This document shows positions 63,313 to 64,000 of a stretch of DNA of 64,000 nucleotides, piece after piece; position 1 is the first letter of the stretch; the number at the start of each line of letters is the position of its first letter. The DNA is from Candidatus Thermosaccharophagus gerlachensis (GTDB taxonomy: Bacteria; Armatimonadota; Fervidibacteria; Fervidibacterales; Thermosaccharophagaceae), in contig JBGOEV010000009.1 in the NCBI GenBank assembly GCA_041538025.1, forward strand, positions 93 to 64,092, in the 5' to 3' direction. A model generated the notes under the pieces. The model was not told the DNA's origin, did no database searches, and saw only the letters and a program-made list of their open reading frames with translations. The translations under genes were made by a program, and so were the position numbers.

Positions 63313-64000
63313 TTACCGTGCCGGCTTTAAGTTCTTTCCCTCAACTTTTAAAACAAATGCAAATTCACAAGGCTTTTGCAGTGGTGCTTCCACAAGCAAT
63401 CCCTCATTTGTCTGCTGCCACTTTAGCTTTCCATTGTAACCGAGGAGCTGCACGCTCTCAATTTGGTTCCCATCTTGGATGCTTGCCAGCGAACCTATAA
63501 GCCACTTACCTCCCTCAGGCCACCCAAGGGCTATGGCATAAAGTGTTTTCCCTTTCACAGTGAAGCGGAAATCACTTGCTGTGAATCTGACATCACCAAT
63601 ATCTTTGGTCACACGCATGTTTGGACCCTCACCGAAGCTAAGCCATGGGCGTGTCCCATAGATTGCCTCACCATTGATTTTGAGCCATTCACCAATAGCC
63701 TCAAGTATGCGCACGGCTTCTTCATCAATTGTCCCATCACCTTTTCCCGGAACATTGAGGAGCATGTTCCCATTCTTGCTCACCACATCAATGAGCGTGT
63801 GGATTATTTGCTCTGGTGACTTGTAGCGGTCATCCCGACGGTAGTGCCAATCGCCTATGCTTGTATCAATCTGCCACGGGTAGGGTTCAATTTTTTCAGC
63901 TCTGCCACGCTCAATATCCCAAACCAAAGCACCCCGCAACTCTGATGGTAGCCCCTTCGTCGTCATAACCGCTTCGTTCCTGCCATGCCAAAGGATGCTT
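63313..64000 (-). CDS. GH29 alpha-L-fucosidase, C-terminal part (N-terminus outside the window)
   Basis: ...LIDVVSKNGNMLLNVPGKGDGTIDEEAVRILEAIGEWLKINGEAIYGTRPW..., then a beta-sandwich tail. The reading frame stays open upstream of the track's Met (SILWHGRNEAV-MTTKG) to base 64000. Confidence 0.7.
   Translation of the reverse strand, partial: SILWHGRNEAVMTTKGLPSELRGALVWDIERGRAEKIEPYPWQIDTSIGDWHYRRDDRYKSPEQIIHTLIDVVSKNGNMLLNVPGKGDGTIDEEAVRILEAIGEWLKINGEAIYGTRPWLSFGEGPNMRVTKDIGDVRFTASDFRFTVKGKTLYAIALGWPEGGKWLIGSLASIQDGNQIESVQLLGYNGKLKWQQTNEGLLVEAPLQKPCEFAFVLKVEGKNLKPAR

Noticed and set aside
1-64000. Search for CRISPR arrays, IS elements or terminal inverted repeats, rRNA, tmRNA, RNase P RNA and long direct repeats.
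   Set aside because: The only repeats seen are the 9-mer and 10-mer tandem repeats reported above and the intragenic domain duplications. No non-coding gap exceeds about 275 nt, so there is little room for such elements. A covariance-model scan would be needed to exclude small ncRNAs.

Overview
This is a 64-kb, gene-dense (over 90% coding) chromosomal segment with about 56 protein genes and one tRNA-Pro(GGG). I found no rRNA, CRISPR array, IS element, integrase or prophage. All calls come from reading the supplied ORF translations and the DNA by eye; no database or HMM search was run. The host appears to be a diderm bacterium, because the window carries an LptF/G permease, LptD, a secretin and a large barrel-like protein with an aromatic C-terminus. 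A DUF1559 'H-X9-DG' prepilin-like protein and many LamG/PA14 surface proteins suggest PVC or Armatimonadota-like lineages. That lineage guess is weak.

Most of the window is housekeeping:
- Thiamine genes thiE, thiL and, separately, an archaeal/eukaryotic-type thi4.
- UDP-xylose synthase and glyoxylate reductase.
- hypA-hypB-hypF, ruvX, ilvD and galT.
- A class-III aminotransferase and HU.
- An aroK-aroB fusion, sirC-like, hemC and a cobA/hemD fusion.
- dinG, ftsY, holA and pgk.
- A GH29 fucosidase fragment at the right edge.

Five parts look unusual:
1. A GAF-GGDEF diguanylate cyclase ends in an orphan histidine-kinase DHp (H-box) domain with no ATPase. A REC-GAF regulator follows it (1-2637).
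2. hypA-hypB-hypF runs directly into a MoaD-like protein and a MoeB/ThiF E1 instead of hypCDE. The MoaD-like protein has five residues after its GG (15300-19870).
3. An ECF sigma/anti-sigma pair sits at 50015-52034. Its candidate autoregulatory promoter motif (GCAAC-N16-CGTCTAA) recurs almost exactly upstream of a 1101-aa LamG-repeat secreted protein (23335-23363). A weaker copy lies upstream of an orphan anti-sigma + 919-aa outer-membrane-like operon (9241-13587).
4. A paralogous LamG-repeat / DNRLRE / 2xPA14 operon lies at 32955-37206.
5. A Ser(TCA)-rich small ORF built on four tandem 9-mers is ATGA-coupled to the aminotransferase (30591-30770).

All five are hypotheses that need homology searches and experiments. 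I saw no canonical defence or mobile system.
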